A DNA stretch of 64,000 nt from Macrostomum hystrix (GCA_950097015.1 CATNEN010000031.1:1860001-1924000), one strand, 5' to 3'. Shown: positions 1 to 12,465, numbered from the stretch's first letter. The notes: generated by a model not told the origin, from the letters alone. Numbers and translations are program-made.

Positions 1-3000
1 GGACTCGAGGGTCTACAACTCCGAGACGCGACTAGTCAGGGCTCTGAAATTTTACAGCCGTGTTCACAGATAATGTTTCCTTCCAGATCTGAGATTTCAG
101 CTTTTTTTGACCACCAGATTCAGTGAGGTGACGAAAAGTACTTTTAAAATGGGAGATATCAGAGTGGGGGGGACTCGAGGGTCTACAACTCCGAGACGCG
201 ACTAGTCAGGGCTCTGAAATTTTACAGCCGTGTTCACAGATAATGTTTCCTTCCAGATTTGAGTTTTCAGCCTCGTCTGACCACCAGATTCAGTGAGGTG
301 ACGAAAAGTACTTTTAAAATGGGAGATATCAGAGTGGGGGGGACTCGAGGGTCTACAACTCCGAGACGCGACTAGTCAGGGCTCTGAAATTTTACAGCCG
401 TGTTCACAGATAATGTTTCCTTCCAGATCTGAGTTTTCAGCCTCGTCTGACCACCAGATTCAGTGAGGTGACGAAAAGTACTTTTAAAATGGGAGATATC
501 AGAGTGGGGGGGACTCGAGGGTCTACAACTCCGAGACGCGACTAGTCGGGGCTCTGAAATTTTACAGCCGTGTTCACAGATAATGTTTCCTTCCAGATCT
601 GAGTTTTCAGCTTTTTTTGACCACCAGATTCAGTGAGGTGACGAAAAGTACTTTTAAAATGGGAGATATCAGAGTGGGGGGGACTCGAGGGTCTACAACT
701 TCGAGACGCGACTAGTTAGGGCTCTGAAATTTTACAGCCGTGTTCACAGATAATGTTTCCTTCCAGATCTGAGTTTTCAGCCTCGTCTGACCACCAGATT
801 CAGTGAGGTGACGAAAAGTACTTTTAAAATGGGAGATATCAGAGTGGGGGGGACTCGAGGGTCTACAACTCCGAGACGCGACTAGTCAGGTCTCTGAAAT
901 TTTACAGCCGTGTTCACAGATAATGTTTCCTTCCAGATCTGAGTTGTCAGCCTCGTCTGACCACCAGATTCAGTGAGGTGACGAAAAGTACTTTTAAAAT
1001 GGGAGATATCAGAGTGGGGGGGACTCGAGGGTCTACAACTCCGAGACGCGACTAGTCAGGGCTCTGAAATTTTACAGCCGTGTTCACAGATAATGTTTCC
1101 TTCCAGATTTGAGTTTTCAGCCTCGTCTGACCACCAGATTCAGTGAGGTGACGAAAAGTACTTTTAAAATGGGAGATATCAGAGTGGGGGGGACTCGAGG
1201 GTCTACAACTCCGAGACGCGACTAGTCAGGGCTCTGAAATTTTACAGCCGTGTTCACAGATAATGTTTCCTTCCAGATCTGAGTTTTCAGCCTCGTCTGA
1301 CCACCAGATTCAGTGAGGTGACGAAAAGTACTTTTAAAATGGGAGATATCAGAGTGGGGGGGACTCGAGGGTCTACAACTCCGAGACGCGACTAGTCGGG
1401 GCTCTGAAATTTTACAGCCGTGTTCACAGATAATGTTTCCTTCCAGATCTGAGTTTTCAGCTTTTTTTGACCACCAGATTCAGTGAGGTGACGAAAAGTA
1501 CTTTTAAAATGGGAGATATCAGAGTGGGGGGGACTCGAGGGTCTACAACTCCGAGACGCGACTAGTCAGGGCTCTGAAATTTTACAGCCGTGTTCACAGA
1601 TATTGTTTCCTTCCAGATCTGAGTTTTCAGCTTTTTTTGACCACCAGATTCAGTGAGGTGACGAAAAGTACTTTTAAAATGGGAGATATCAGAGTGGGGG
1701 GGACTCGAGGGTCTACAACTCCGAGACGCGACTAGTCAGGGCTCTGAAATTTTACAGCCGTGTTCACAGATAATGTTTCCTTCCAGATCTGAGATTTCAG
1801 CTTTTTTTGACCACCAGATTCAGTGAGGTGACGAAAAGTACTTTAAAAATGGGAGATATCAGAGTGGGGGGGACTCGAGGGTCTACAACTTCGAGACGCG
1901 ACTAGTCAGGGCTCTGAAATTTTACAGCCGTATTCACAGATAATGTTTCCTTCCAGATCTGAGTTTTCAGCCTCGTCTGACCACCAGATTCAGTGAGGTG
2001 ACGAAAAGTACTTTTAAAATGGGAGATATCAGAGTGGGGGGGACTCGAGGGTCTACAACTTCGAGACGCGACTAGTTAGGGCTCTGAAATTTTACAGCCG
2101 TGTTCACAGATAATGTTTCCTTCCAGATCTGAGTTTTCAGCCTCGTCTGACCACCAGATTCAGTGAGGTGACGAAAAGTACTTTTAAAATGGGAGATATC
2201 AGAGTGGGGGGGACTCGAGGGTCTACATCTCCGAGACGCGACTAGTCAGGTCTCTGAAATTTTACAGCCGTGTTCACAGATAATGTTTCCTTCCAGATCT
2301 GAGTTGTCAGCCTCGTCTGACCACCAGATTCAGTGAGGTGACGAAAAGTACTTTTAAAATGGGAGATATCAGAGTGGGGGGGACTCGAGGGTCTACAACT
2401 TCGAGACGCGACTAGTTAGGGCTCTGAAATTTTACAGCCGTGTTCACAGATAATGTTTCCTTCCAGATCTGAGTTTTCAGCCTCGTCTGACCACCAGATT
2501 CAGTGAGGTGACGAAAAGTACTTTTAAAATGGGAGATATCAGAGTGGGGGGGACTCGAGGGTCTACAACTCCGAGACGCGACTAGTCAGGTCTCTGAAAT
2601 TTTACAGCCGTGTTCACAGATAATGTTTCCTTCCAGATCTGAGTTGTCAGCCTCGTCTGACCACCAGATTCAGTGAGGTGACGAAAAGTACTTTTAAAAT
2701 GGGAGATATCAGAGTGGGGGGGACTCGAGGGTCTACAACTCCGAGACGCGACTAGTTAGGGCTCTGAAATTTTACAGCCGTGTTCACAGATAATGTTTCC
2801 TTCCAGATCTGAGTTTTCAGCCTCGTCTGACCACCAGATTCAGTGAGGTGACGAAAAGTACTTTTAAAATGGGAGATATCAGAGTGGGGGGGACTCGAGG
2901 GTCTACAACTCCGAGACGCGACTAGTCGGGGCTCTGAAATTTTACAGCCGTGTTCACAGATAATGTTTCCTTCCAGATCTGAGATTTCAGCTTTTTTTGA

Positions 3001-3314
3001 CCACCAGATTCAGTGAGGTGACGAAAAGTACTTTTAAAATGGGAGATATCAGAGTGGGGGGGACTCGAGGGTCTACAACTTCGAGACGCGACTAGTCAGG
3101 GCTCTGAAATTTTACAGCCGTATTCACAGATAATGTTTCCTTCCAGATCTGAGTTTTCAGCCTCGTCTGACCACCAGATTCAGTGAGGTGACGAAAAGTA
3201 CTTTTAAAATGGGAGATATCAGAGTGGGGGGGACTCGAGGGTCTACAACTCCGAGACGCGACTAGTCAGGGCTCTGAAATTTTACAGCCGTGTTCACAGA
3301 TAATGTTTCCTTCC
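1..3314. repeat. 170-bp tandem satellite, about 19.5 copies, running off the left edge
   Basis: The unit start GGACTCGAGGGTCTACAACT recurs exactly every 170 bp (1, 171, 341 ... 3231). Copies are near-identical, with two diagnostic variants (CAGCTTTTTTTGA vs CAGCCTCGTCTGA). The array ends abruptly at about 3314. Confidence 0.98.
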
Positions 3315-4747
3315 TTATCATTGCTCTCAGCTGTATATCATGTACGAGTAATAATCCTGCGAAGCGCAAAAGTGAGGTTATATTTTTAGTTTTTTTGATG
3401 AAGTTTACGATGATTATAAAAATAATAAATTATACAAACACATTTAATGAGGTGAGTTTTGAGTTGTGATTTTAGTAGTTGCGATATTTAGTAAACCGCT
3501 TTTTGTATTCGTTTACTTAGTTGGTTGAGCAAATTTGTTTTATTCTATGAAAAACATATATTAGAAAACGTTTTGTGAAAGTAAACGATTTTTTGTGTGT
3601 TGTGCGCAAGTCCGTCGATATTTATTAATTTTATTCTCAATAATGATATTTTCGGACCGATATATAAGTATTTCATCTGTTAGAAGTCTTTTTATTAGTT
3701 GCTTGTCGATTTTTTGTTGGCTATAACATAATTTTTTTCTGGTACTGGTTCTGGTACTGGTTCTGGTACTGGAAGTATAGACGTAATATTAACAGCACAT
3801 TGACTGTGCCTAGGACTACATAGGCCTTTTTTAAAATGGAATAAGAACTTAGGCCTAAGTACAAAGAAACTACAGCCAGTGTGTATGATATGAAGCTGCA
3901 CTTTTCAATGAACCTGGTACACTAAAGCTAAAGGCTTCGGTGATAAGTCACTTTGCAGACAACCATTTTGGCTACAAGTCCCTTTGGCAACAATCATTTT
4001 GGTGACTGTCAACAGATTACTATTTTAATTGGTGACACCTAATAGCAAATAAGTTTTTTAACGAGCGCCGATTTATTTTAGCAGAATGAAATGAGAATAA
4101 ACATAATTCATTCGACGGTAACATTCATGTTCAACAGTAAGTTATGAAAATGTGCTTGTACATTGACAATGGCCTGGACAGGTACCATTTTAATCAATAA
4201 TATTAAGTTAATCCGGCACTATCATTGAGTAAATTATAAAGTCAATGTACACAGTTGTCATATACACAATCATTAAAAAAGAGATATTGTGTAAAAGCAA
4301 ACTGGCAAAGGCGGGATATTATTTTATTGGCAATTATAGCAATAAAGGACAAAAAACCTAAATTTGTCAAAATTGTAATGGTCTTTTCAAAGCAGTGAGA
4401 TTTTTATTGTGGTAATATTAGTTTAATAAAGCATTGCAACATTTAAACATTAAACACGACAGAAGTTAGAGGGTTGGTGACTAGGCCTACTTTAGGTGAA
4501 AATGGGCGTCACGCTGCGACCCATGAGTACGCATGAATGTCATCGGAAGATTTTTTATGTTTTACAGGAAGCTACATAGTTAAACAACTAATGCAAATTA
4601 TTTTGACATCTAATGTAGTAGGCTTTCCAAGTACTTCAATTTTAGGTATTCATTTGCTTTTTTCGTTTCTTTGGCTTCCTGCTACGCCATGAGACGTAGA
4701 ATTACGTAGAAATAGCAGAATTTACGTAGAACAATAAACTTGTTTAA

Positions 4748-5387
4748 CAGTAGGACTTACCAACCCATTTTGCCGCCCGTTTTTATACCGAGGGGGGATT
4801 TCCCCCTGACAATTTTTTTTGGCAGAGCTCGAATGCTAACAGCGTTGGGTGGTGACTGATTGGTTGACAGACTAGGCGATGGTGTCCTGTGGTTGAGCTG
4901 CACCTAATATTTTGGTTTGAGCATTGAAATTTGAGAAATTCGCGTCATGGTGTCCGTCCATACGCTCGTAGTAGCTTAGTTCCACCTGTTGTAGCCCTTG
5001 AAGGTCCAGCAGTTTGTCTAGATAAAGGTAGGTGACCACCGAAGACGGAGATGATCCAGGCACACTCGGGTGACATGCTAATAAAGTTTGAAGGTCTGGA
5101 AAGGCCGCACTGAGGCGCAGTGCAAATTCGTGTATCCAGGGGTGTATGAAATAAATTAGGTCTAGCTCTTATAGGAAAAATCGAACCTTCGGCCAGAAAC
5201 ATTGAATAGGCCCTATCTCAACGGTCTAAAGATCTGGCGACTTGTTTCTTGTTTCAGAAGATGCGCAACAAAAATTTGGACCGTGTTCTTGAGTTTCATA
5301 ACTTTCATGTGCTTGGATTGTTCCATTTGGGTGCTGCAAAAAATTGTCAGGTTGGGGGTGGAATTCTCCCCGTTGGTAGTTCTACTG
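4748..5387 (+). mobile_element. Non-autonomous DNA transposon (MITE), TTAA-flanked, CAGTAG termini, copy 1
   Basis: Imperfect TIRs of about 17 bp (CAGTAGGACTTACCAAC / reverse complement CAGTAGAACTACCAAC). TTAA lies at both flanks (4744-4747, 5388-5391). Internal sequence is homologous to 15089-15686 (inverted) and 33010-33303. Confidence 0.85.
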
Positions 5388-6409
5388 TTAATATTGTAGG
5401 CCTATTGTAAATTGTTTTGTATTGTTTCAAATTTTAAATTATATACTGATTGCAGATCTTATATTATTTTTTCCTACGAATAAATTAAAAATAATCTGCT
5501 TCTCTTGTATATTATTTATATTCCAATGATTCCACTTCTGTTCTAGACAATACTTTTAATTTTTAGGCCTAGGCCTGGTGACTTAGCTAGGCCCTATGGC
5601 TATAGCTAGCTAGCTGGGCTTAGCTTTAATGTTAATTTTGCAGGTAGTCATATAATATGTTATGCATTGTGCAATGCTTTTATTCTATCTAATAGTTGCA
5701 CCACTTGGCCTTAGTCCTGAAGGCCTAATTAGTCATTTATTGATATAAATTGGTCACAATTTAAAGGAATTCTGGTTGTTTTGGCCTCAACCATTTTGAC
5801 ATAAAAGCGAAACCATAACTGCAGTGGTTAGTAGCTGTAGAATAAACTTTTTTCTTCCTAGGCCTAATGGCATTTGCTTAAATTACTTAGAGTTTTGTTG
5901 GGTGCTAGGCCTAGTCACTTCGTGGCTATGGTGGAGTTCCGTTCGTTATATTATTTTTGCAGTATTATGTAGTAACTAGGCCTAGGCCTATATACATACT
6001 ATATATCTGTATACACAATTTGTAGTCTAGGCTGGGAACAAAGTCTACGGCACTGGTTTGTTGTCAAGAGCCAAAGGGTATAGGCATAAAAAAGTTACAT
6101 ATATATTTGCTTTTCTTAAATGCATATCAAAATGAGGGCATTTGCATGGCCACATAACAGGCCAAGATAGATGATAATATACTCAACTCTATGCTATATT
6201 TTCTGTTGTACTATAGCCCTCCTTTCTCTTTCTAGGCTTAGGACCAAACAATGGCAGAGTTACTTCCAGTTTTACTGACTACCATTTTATGGCTAAAAGA
6301 GATCACAAAGATCACAAAGAAAAACTATAGTTATATTAACTTTTATATTAAATTTAAATATAAATTATATTGAAAAAAACTGAAAGTTAATTTAATGCTA
6401 TTTATTGCT

Positions 6410-6743
6410 TCACCTGGATGGACAACTCACCCACTCAAAACTTTGCCTAGTAAGTCTTGACTTGTGTCTGGAGCCATTCATATCATGCTCAGTGTTGACG
6501 CTCCTGCACTCCCTGCTGCACCAGATCAACTTGAACTGGCACCAGCTAGGCCTTTGTGTAAAGCATATAGAGGAGCAGATAAAGAGTCAGCTGCACTCTT
6601 GGCTTACTGCTTGAGTCCCCAATGCCAACCTTCAACCTCATTGTTGGACTGGATGGCCTGGCTATACTTGCTGACATTGTGAACTCCATGGACTGGGTTG
6701 ACAGCCACATTGCACTCATATAGGTGGCCAGGTCCAGCAACAA
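6410..6743 (-). CDS. Putative 3' part of a small spliced gene of unknown function (Cys/Trp/His-rich, about 90 aa visible)
   Basis: Exons 6743-6608 and 6545-6410 are joined by a 62-nt GTAAG..TAG intron, giving an open frame VAGPGHLYECNVAVNPVHG...WHWGLKHWCQFKLIWCSRECRS...WVSCPSR*. AATAAA follows 3 nt after the TGA. No 5' exon was assigned and no family recognised. Confidence 0.35.
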
Positions 6744-7285
6744 CTAGCATTAATAAAACATACATAAACATCAAGAGCACTGCTTAAATTTATGTAGCAA
6801 TTATAAGTACATTCACCCTGTAATAAAAAGTGGGATGGCAAGAAAGAATTTTCTATTTTTACATGAACTCTATTATTATTATTATTTAAGGGCCCTTCAA
6901 CAGTGACAAGGTTCTTATAAAACTTAATAGTAGGTAGTGAAAGTGAAAAAAATCAACTTTGAAAACTCAAAAGGTTTTACAATTTAAATAAACTTTACTA
7001 TAATAATAACTTGGTTGGGTATGATAATTATGTTTGATCTAGGTATCTGGGTTCTGTCTAGTTGTTAATATAGCTAATTCAATCCACATAAGAAAATTTT
7101 TCATGAAACCAGTTTTTTTAATGTGGAGTTTAAACCATGGAATACTTTAGCATATGTCTAGACACATTTTTCGAATTTTCATGTTTTAATTAAAAAGCAC
7201 TGCATAATTTAATTGCTTTTATCCCACAGATCTTGCAAATAGTTTTTCTATTGCGGTACAATTAGAAGGCTGTTTTCACAGCACT

Positions 7286-8689
7286 ATGGACACCAGCAGG
7301 TCTAGTGCATCTCCTCCTACAATGGTCATTCTCGCGCCACGCCACCAGGGCACTTCTGTACCAGCTCAGCAACAGCAGCAGCAGCTGGCTTACCAGCCTT
7401 ACCAAGCACCCACCCAGCAAACTTTTCAGCAAATCTCCTATCCGCAACAATCGCTTCAACCAATAAGCCAGCATCAGACATCATACCAGCCAACAGTTGC
7501 TCAGCAGGTCTTCCGTCATCAACAAATCCCTCAGCAGCAGATAACTTTCCAGCAGGTGCCTCAAATACAGTCTTATCAAATCACTCATCACCGAGTGCAG
7601 CAGCAGCAGCTACAGCATTTAACTCCAAACTCTATCCATGCCCAGCATCAGGCACAACAACCCCAGAGAGCTTATCACCAACTGGCAATCAACTCGGAAC
7701 CAACTCGGCCTCAACAGCAGACTCAACAGCAGCAACAGCCACTATCCACTAAGCCTTTGCTTATTCAATGCTATCGATTTGACGATTTCGATGGCGACTT
7801 GTCTAGCTTAGTGTCAGCAAATGGCAATAGCAGCAATGGCGCTTATAATCAAGCCAAGCAGTATCAGCAGCAGCGACTGATGCCGCAGGCGCAGAAGAAC
7901 CCAACAGGCAGTCGAAATTATGATGCCGACTACAACGAAGAAGACAACGAGGATTATAGCGAAGAAGATGATGACGATGAGGAAGATGATGATACTGCTG
8001 CAGATGAAGACGCTGAGCTGGACTTACCCATTAGTCAACTGTTAGCTCGCCGACGCACCCAGGCCTCTCGTCCGTCTCCTTCTCTCGCCGTCCAGTCGCC
8101 CTACGCTCTATTCTTTAAGGACACCCTGCCGCAGGTGAAACGCGACCAGCCGGCTGTGGCATTCGGAGAGGCCAGCCGCGCCATCGAGCACATGTGGGAC
8201 CGGCTTGGCCATGCCGCCCGTGGCGCCTATGTAAAGCGCAGCTCCGCCCTGCGCTCCGGCCAGCCTTATTCTTTGGCAGTGCCCGTCAACCTTGGTCACC
8301 GGCCGCAGCAACAGCAGCAGCAGCAGCTTCTTGAGCCGCAAGTGCTGTACCAGGCGGCTAGCAGAAAGCCTGTCGCTAAGCTAACCCAGCGGCCAGTGAA
8401 GCAGCGGAAACCGAAGCAGCTTACTGAAGGCCAGAAAGTAAACAAAGTTAAGAAAGACAAGCAGTCGGAGCAGCTTCAGAAGAGTCTGCCCGCGAAGAAA
8501 CCGAAAAAAGTCATTACAGAACAGGCCGGCATCTGTGCCAGGCACGGCTGCTCCAAGCCGGCCGTTGAGCACCCTCTATGGGACGGCGAGTACTGCTCAG
8601 CCGACTGCTGTCTGCTCCATGTTAGCCAGGTTCGCCTGCTGTTTGCCGGCATGTCTGCCGCTTCTCATGCCACAGCCTCGGCCTTATGA
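7286..8689 (+). CDS. TOX4: TOX-family HMG-box protein (TOX4-like), 467 aa, uninterrupted ORF
   Basis: HMG box SPYALFFKDTLPQVKRDQPAVAFGEASRAIEHMWDRL resembles the TOX [35 protein letters not shown] motif. C-terminal CARHGCSKPAVEHPLWDGEYCSADC resembles the TOX4 Cys-rich tail (CxRxGC...WDxEYCSxEC). N-terminus is Q-rich with an acidic tract. Confidence 0.82.
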   Translation: MDTSRSSASPPTMVILAPRHQGTSVPAQQQQQQLAYQPYQAPTQQTFQQISYPQQSLQPISQHQTSYQPTVAQQVFRHQQIPQQQITFQQVPQIQSYQITHHRVQQQQLQHLTPNSIHAQHQAQQPQRAYHQLAINSEPTRPQQQTQQQQQPLSTKPLLIQCYRFDDFDGDLSSLVSANGNSSNGAYNQAKQYQQQRLMPQAQKNPTGSRNYDADYNEEDNEDYSEEDDDDEEDDDTAADEDAELDLPISQLLARRRTQASRPSPSLAVQSPYALFFKDTLPQVKRDQPAVAFGEASRAIEHMWDRLGHAARGAYVKRSSALRSGQPYSLAVPVNLGHRPQQQQQQQLLEPQVLYQAASRKPVAKLTQRPVKQRKPKQLTEGQKVNKVKKDKQSEQLQKSLPAKKPKKVITEQAGICARHGCSKPAVEHPLWDGEYCSADCCLLHVSQVRLLFAGMSAASHATASAL

Positions 8690-9609
8690 ACTTGACCTGA
8701 GCTGAGCTGCCTTTGCGTCGGTCTTTCAGACTTGCTCCCCTCTGTCACGGGCCGTGTTGTCAATCAGAATCCACTCCTACAGGTCTAAGGCGTGTTACAC
8801 GCTATCTCCCCCACAATGTCAAGTTGTATTTGAACTGTTTGCGATTGTATTTACTAGGCCTATGTATATTTTTGCATTTTTATAGAATTTCTATTGTATG
8901 TATGTTAATCAAAAGAATAAAACTAATTGTAGTTAAAAAATGGTTCGAGTCAAGTTAATTACGGAGTTTTGAATTGCAGTACAGAAGTTATAGTAATCTA
9001 ATTTCATAAGAATTCATCTGTATATTGACATTTGAATTTGTGTATGCCTCACTACACGTTTTTTAACTATATATAATTTCTTACTTCTCAAAGAAAAGCC
9101 GTAAGATTTTAGCCGTTATCGTGTTTAAATTGTTACTAATCAAATTATATTACTGTTAGCCAAAAAATTATTGCACATTATTTACTACTAGTAAAAGTGT
9201 AAAAGAATCGGTACCAGACTAGCAATTTGAATATTTAGCACAGGGCATGTTCACACTAGCACGCAACTAAATTCGTTCCTAGACGATTTCAGTTTCAATT
9301 GCACAGTCTCACCGTTTGTAGATTGAATGCGAATGCTTATTCCACTGCCAATTTTATATGCTTGTTTTCTTCTTTGCCTCCCTGTAAAATCCCAGCTGAT
9401 GTTAACTTCAGCATCAAGTTTAAAATATAATTATTAATTCTGCCAGCACTGTATAATTGTTGCCGAGAGATCTGTCTGCGCTTCTTTCTACGAGTATTAA
9501 ACAACAATTTTAACTTAAGATCATGTTTGATTATGCTTTATTTATCTACCTGCTGCTGATGATCCAAGTCTAGTTTTCTTTAGTAAGATGTTTTTTGTGA
9601 GTCATAATT

Positions 9610-9847
9610 AATTACGCCAGCCCTAAATGGGGCCATATGTGCAGCCGACAACACTGCAGCTGCGGCCCATCTGAAAGCTGCGTACGGCTGTTCAGTCCAT
9701 GGATTGGGACACACCCACCCTCAATTACCCCAGCTAATGCTGGTACCTATTTAACGGCTGGGTTAACTGAAGCAATGCAACGCGGATCGAACTCCCAACC
9801 TTCAACCTGTCGGTTCGAGAGTCCGACGCCCTAGCCACTCGGCTGCA
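9610..9847 (-). mobile_element. tRNA-derived SINE family A, copy
   Basis: The reverse strand shows A-box- and B-box-like motifs (GAGTGG..GAGTTCGATCC). The body is homologous to 16171-16481 (GCATTGCTTCAGTT..CCCAG..TTAAAT.GGT.CCAGCA..AGCTGGG..CAGTCCATGGACTGAACAGC). Confidence 0.75.
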
Positions 9848-10456
9848 ATCATAATTATTATTTAGTAACAAAATAACTGTATTTAACACAGAGAAAACGG
9901 AACCGACTACTTGATTAGTAGTCGGTTATTAGAACAAGAAGCACTTAAAATTATGCATTTGCAGAATGTGCATGCTATCCTCGAAAAATAATTTACAATT
10001 ACCGTCGACAACGAAACAGATAAAAGGCTGCATTTTTTAATAGCTCGATACCATGGCTTGACGGTCTTGACGGTATTAAGTAGTGATAATTCTTGCACTT
10101 AACAATCTGTCGCTGGGTCGGCGTCATGTGATCAGAGCAGCGAGCGAGAGTCCAGTGCACTTTTATCCGTTTCTGTTAACTGTTAACGAGTATCTTGGTT
10201 TTCTAATCTGTTTTTACTTTACTGGCAGAATTGAAACTCGCGTTCGCTAAAAAAAGTGTATTTAGCTCTATAACGCGCAGAGGCTCAAAATTTAGATCTC
10301 GAAAATAATTTTCTCGGCTGTTTATATATACACTCAAACCGTACCTTGTGACTTCTGTCTACTAGTGGGTAGTCTATAACTAATGTACTTTTATCAACTT
10401 GGCGACAGTAGACCCACAAAGCCCTAGATGAGGCGATTTTTCTCGCTGTAGGCAAA

Positions 10457-11033
10457 TACGCTCATGTACACGGACGCTACCGTAGTGGGGTTCCCTAAAT
10501 TTCCCATCCCCCACATTTTACATGACCCAAATTTTGCAACCCCAAAATTTTCATCCCTAAAATTTCCCGTCCCCTACGTTTTACAGCCCATAAATTTTGC
10601 TACCCCCAAATTTTCATCCCTAAAATTTCCCGTCCCCTACGTTTTACAGCCCCTAAATTTTGCTACCCCCAAATTTTCCATCCCTAAAATTTCCCGTCCC
10701 CTACGTTTTACAGCCCCTAAATTTTGCTACCCCCAAATTTTCCATCCCTAAAATTTCCCGTCCCCTACGTTTTACAGCCCCTAAATTTTGCTACCCCCAA
10801 ATTTTCCATCCCTAAAATTTCCCGTCCACTTAATTTTGCTATCCCCAAATTTCCCACTCTCATATTTTAAAACCCTCATTTTCCCATACACAAAATTTCA
10901 CTACCCTCAACTCCGGCAAGAGCTGTGCTCCGTGCGCACTCTGAAAATTTGGGTACTTTTTAAACTGAGTTTTGATATGAAATTTTAGGAAACGCGCAGT
11001 TTGGATATCTGAAATTAGGGGATCACGAGCGTA
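10457..11033. repeat. About 60-bp tandem repeat array (about 10490-10910), possibly inside a TA-ended MITE
   Basis: The unit AAATTTTGCTACCCCCAAATTTTCCATCCCTAAAATTTCCCGTCCCCTACGTTTTACAGCCCCT occurs about 4-6 times with decaying flanks. A short outer inverted repeat is present (TACGCTCATG at 10457; CACGAGCGTA at 11024-11033, 9/10 match). Confidence 0.7.
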
Positions 11034-11821
11034 TGATTTTAAGAAAGTAAAATGCGCTTATTTACTGTATACTACCGACAATGCTTGACTTGTGAGTTCA
11101 AGACCGTGGTTCGTTTTGATTTCGATTCGTTTAGATCTGACAAAAATGTTGATTGTCTTCTAAATAAATGAAAACACAAGAAAAACTGTCAGTGGGAAAG
11201 ACAGATTCAGATTGTTAAATAGTAAGCAGTTTCAGTCGGAAAAATGCCATAGACAATAACAACTGTCAGTGGCAATGACAATGATTTTGAATTTTTTAAT
11301 TTTGCCCAGCGTTTCTTAACTAGAGCGCAAACGCTTTTACTCGTATAATGAAATGCGTAAAATTATATATCTCTTTATGATTGTATAACTTGCTCCAACG
11401 AGCTTAGATCAATTGAGCAATTTAAATTTCGCCTAATGTAGTCATTAGACTCCGAACTCTTATTAACGCACTTTAGGAACGTGGCCTACACGAGCATATT
11501 GCCCAGCTAATTAATCTGAGAATAATTAAAGCTCACAAATCATGCAGCATATCTAATGCTTTTATTAGAATCACAGCCAGACCAGCTGTGACCCAAGAGC
11601 ATGACGCCAAGCCATGGAAGACCTGCATGCGACCTTTAGCACCTGCCTGGTAACAGCATTATCGATCGAATCGTACACGCAGGCAGCAAGCGCCGCTTTC
11701 ATTGGTCTCTTATCGTTATCGCCAGGCCAATCGAACCCAGGATTGCACCTTATATAAGAGATCACTTGTCAGGTCAATAATTGACTGCTGTTGCTTTCAT
11801 AACCAGTTGGAAAAAAAGACA

Positions 11822-12465
11822 ATGAAACTGATCATTGCATCTGCAGCCATGCTGCTGCTGCTGGGATCATCATTTGTTGAGGCCCGCCCTCCCTACCAGG
11901 CCAGAATCCCCAACGGGGACAAAGTGAGCAATCCCTGCGAGAGCGGCAACCTGTGGCCTGGCGTTGGTCACTGGAATGTAAACGGCGGCGGCGAAAAGAA
12001 TCCCTTTGGCCTTGCCTTTGCAGCCAACGGGCTGGTAAGGCGTTGTTGGGATGGGATCTTTTGAACCTTAATTAACTAAAAAAACAACGAGTTGTCTTGA
12101 AACGCATTTCACCAGGCCTGGAACAGCACCCTGTGCCAGTTGGACTCGGACAATGACGGCAGGACGAATGGAGACGAGTTGGGCGATCCCCAGTGTGTGT
12201 GGACCCTGGGCGCCCCGCCCTCACGCACAGTAGGCATCACCCACCCGGGCGTCTGCGAGCCCGTCAACAGCCCGAAGTGCAGGCAGTTGAACGGGGATAA
12301 AATCCCTTGCGGCGCATCAGTAAGTGCTCCGCTGCCTTTAAGAATCGAGTCCCGGCTCGCAGAATACATTAACTAAAGTAGTGTGTACTCAAATTTCAGA
12401 ACGGCCTCCGAAGCGGTTTCGGCCTGCTGTGCTCGATGCTGCTAGCTCTACTCCTGCTGCGCTAA
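11822..12465 (+). CDS. Temptin-domain protein, 160 aa, with signal peptide and C-terminal GPI-anchor-like signal
   Basis: Exons 11822-12034, 12116-12319 and 12400-12465, all phase 0 with canonical GT-AG. Motifs RIPNG..PC...WPGVGH..GGGEKNPFGLAF and LCQLDSDNDGRTNGDELGDPQCVW...THPGVCEP match temptin and the temptin-like domain. N-terminus MKLIIASAAMLLLLGSSFVEA is hydrophobic; tail is GAS-NGLRSGFGLLCSMLLALLLLR*. Confidence 0.88.

Noticed and set aside
1-3314. CRISPR-like regular repeat
   Set aside because: Units are contiguous near-identical 170-mers with no unique spacers, in a eukaryotic context with no cas genes.
3737-3772. PVPEPVPEPVPE ORF (3695-3901) from a 12-bp x3 repeat
   Set aside because: Tiny repeat in AT-rich DNA with no splice or codon support.
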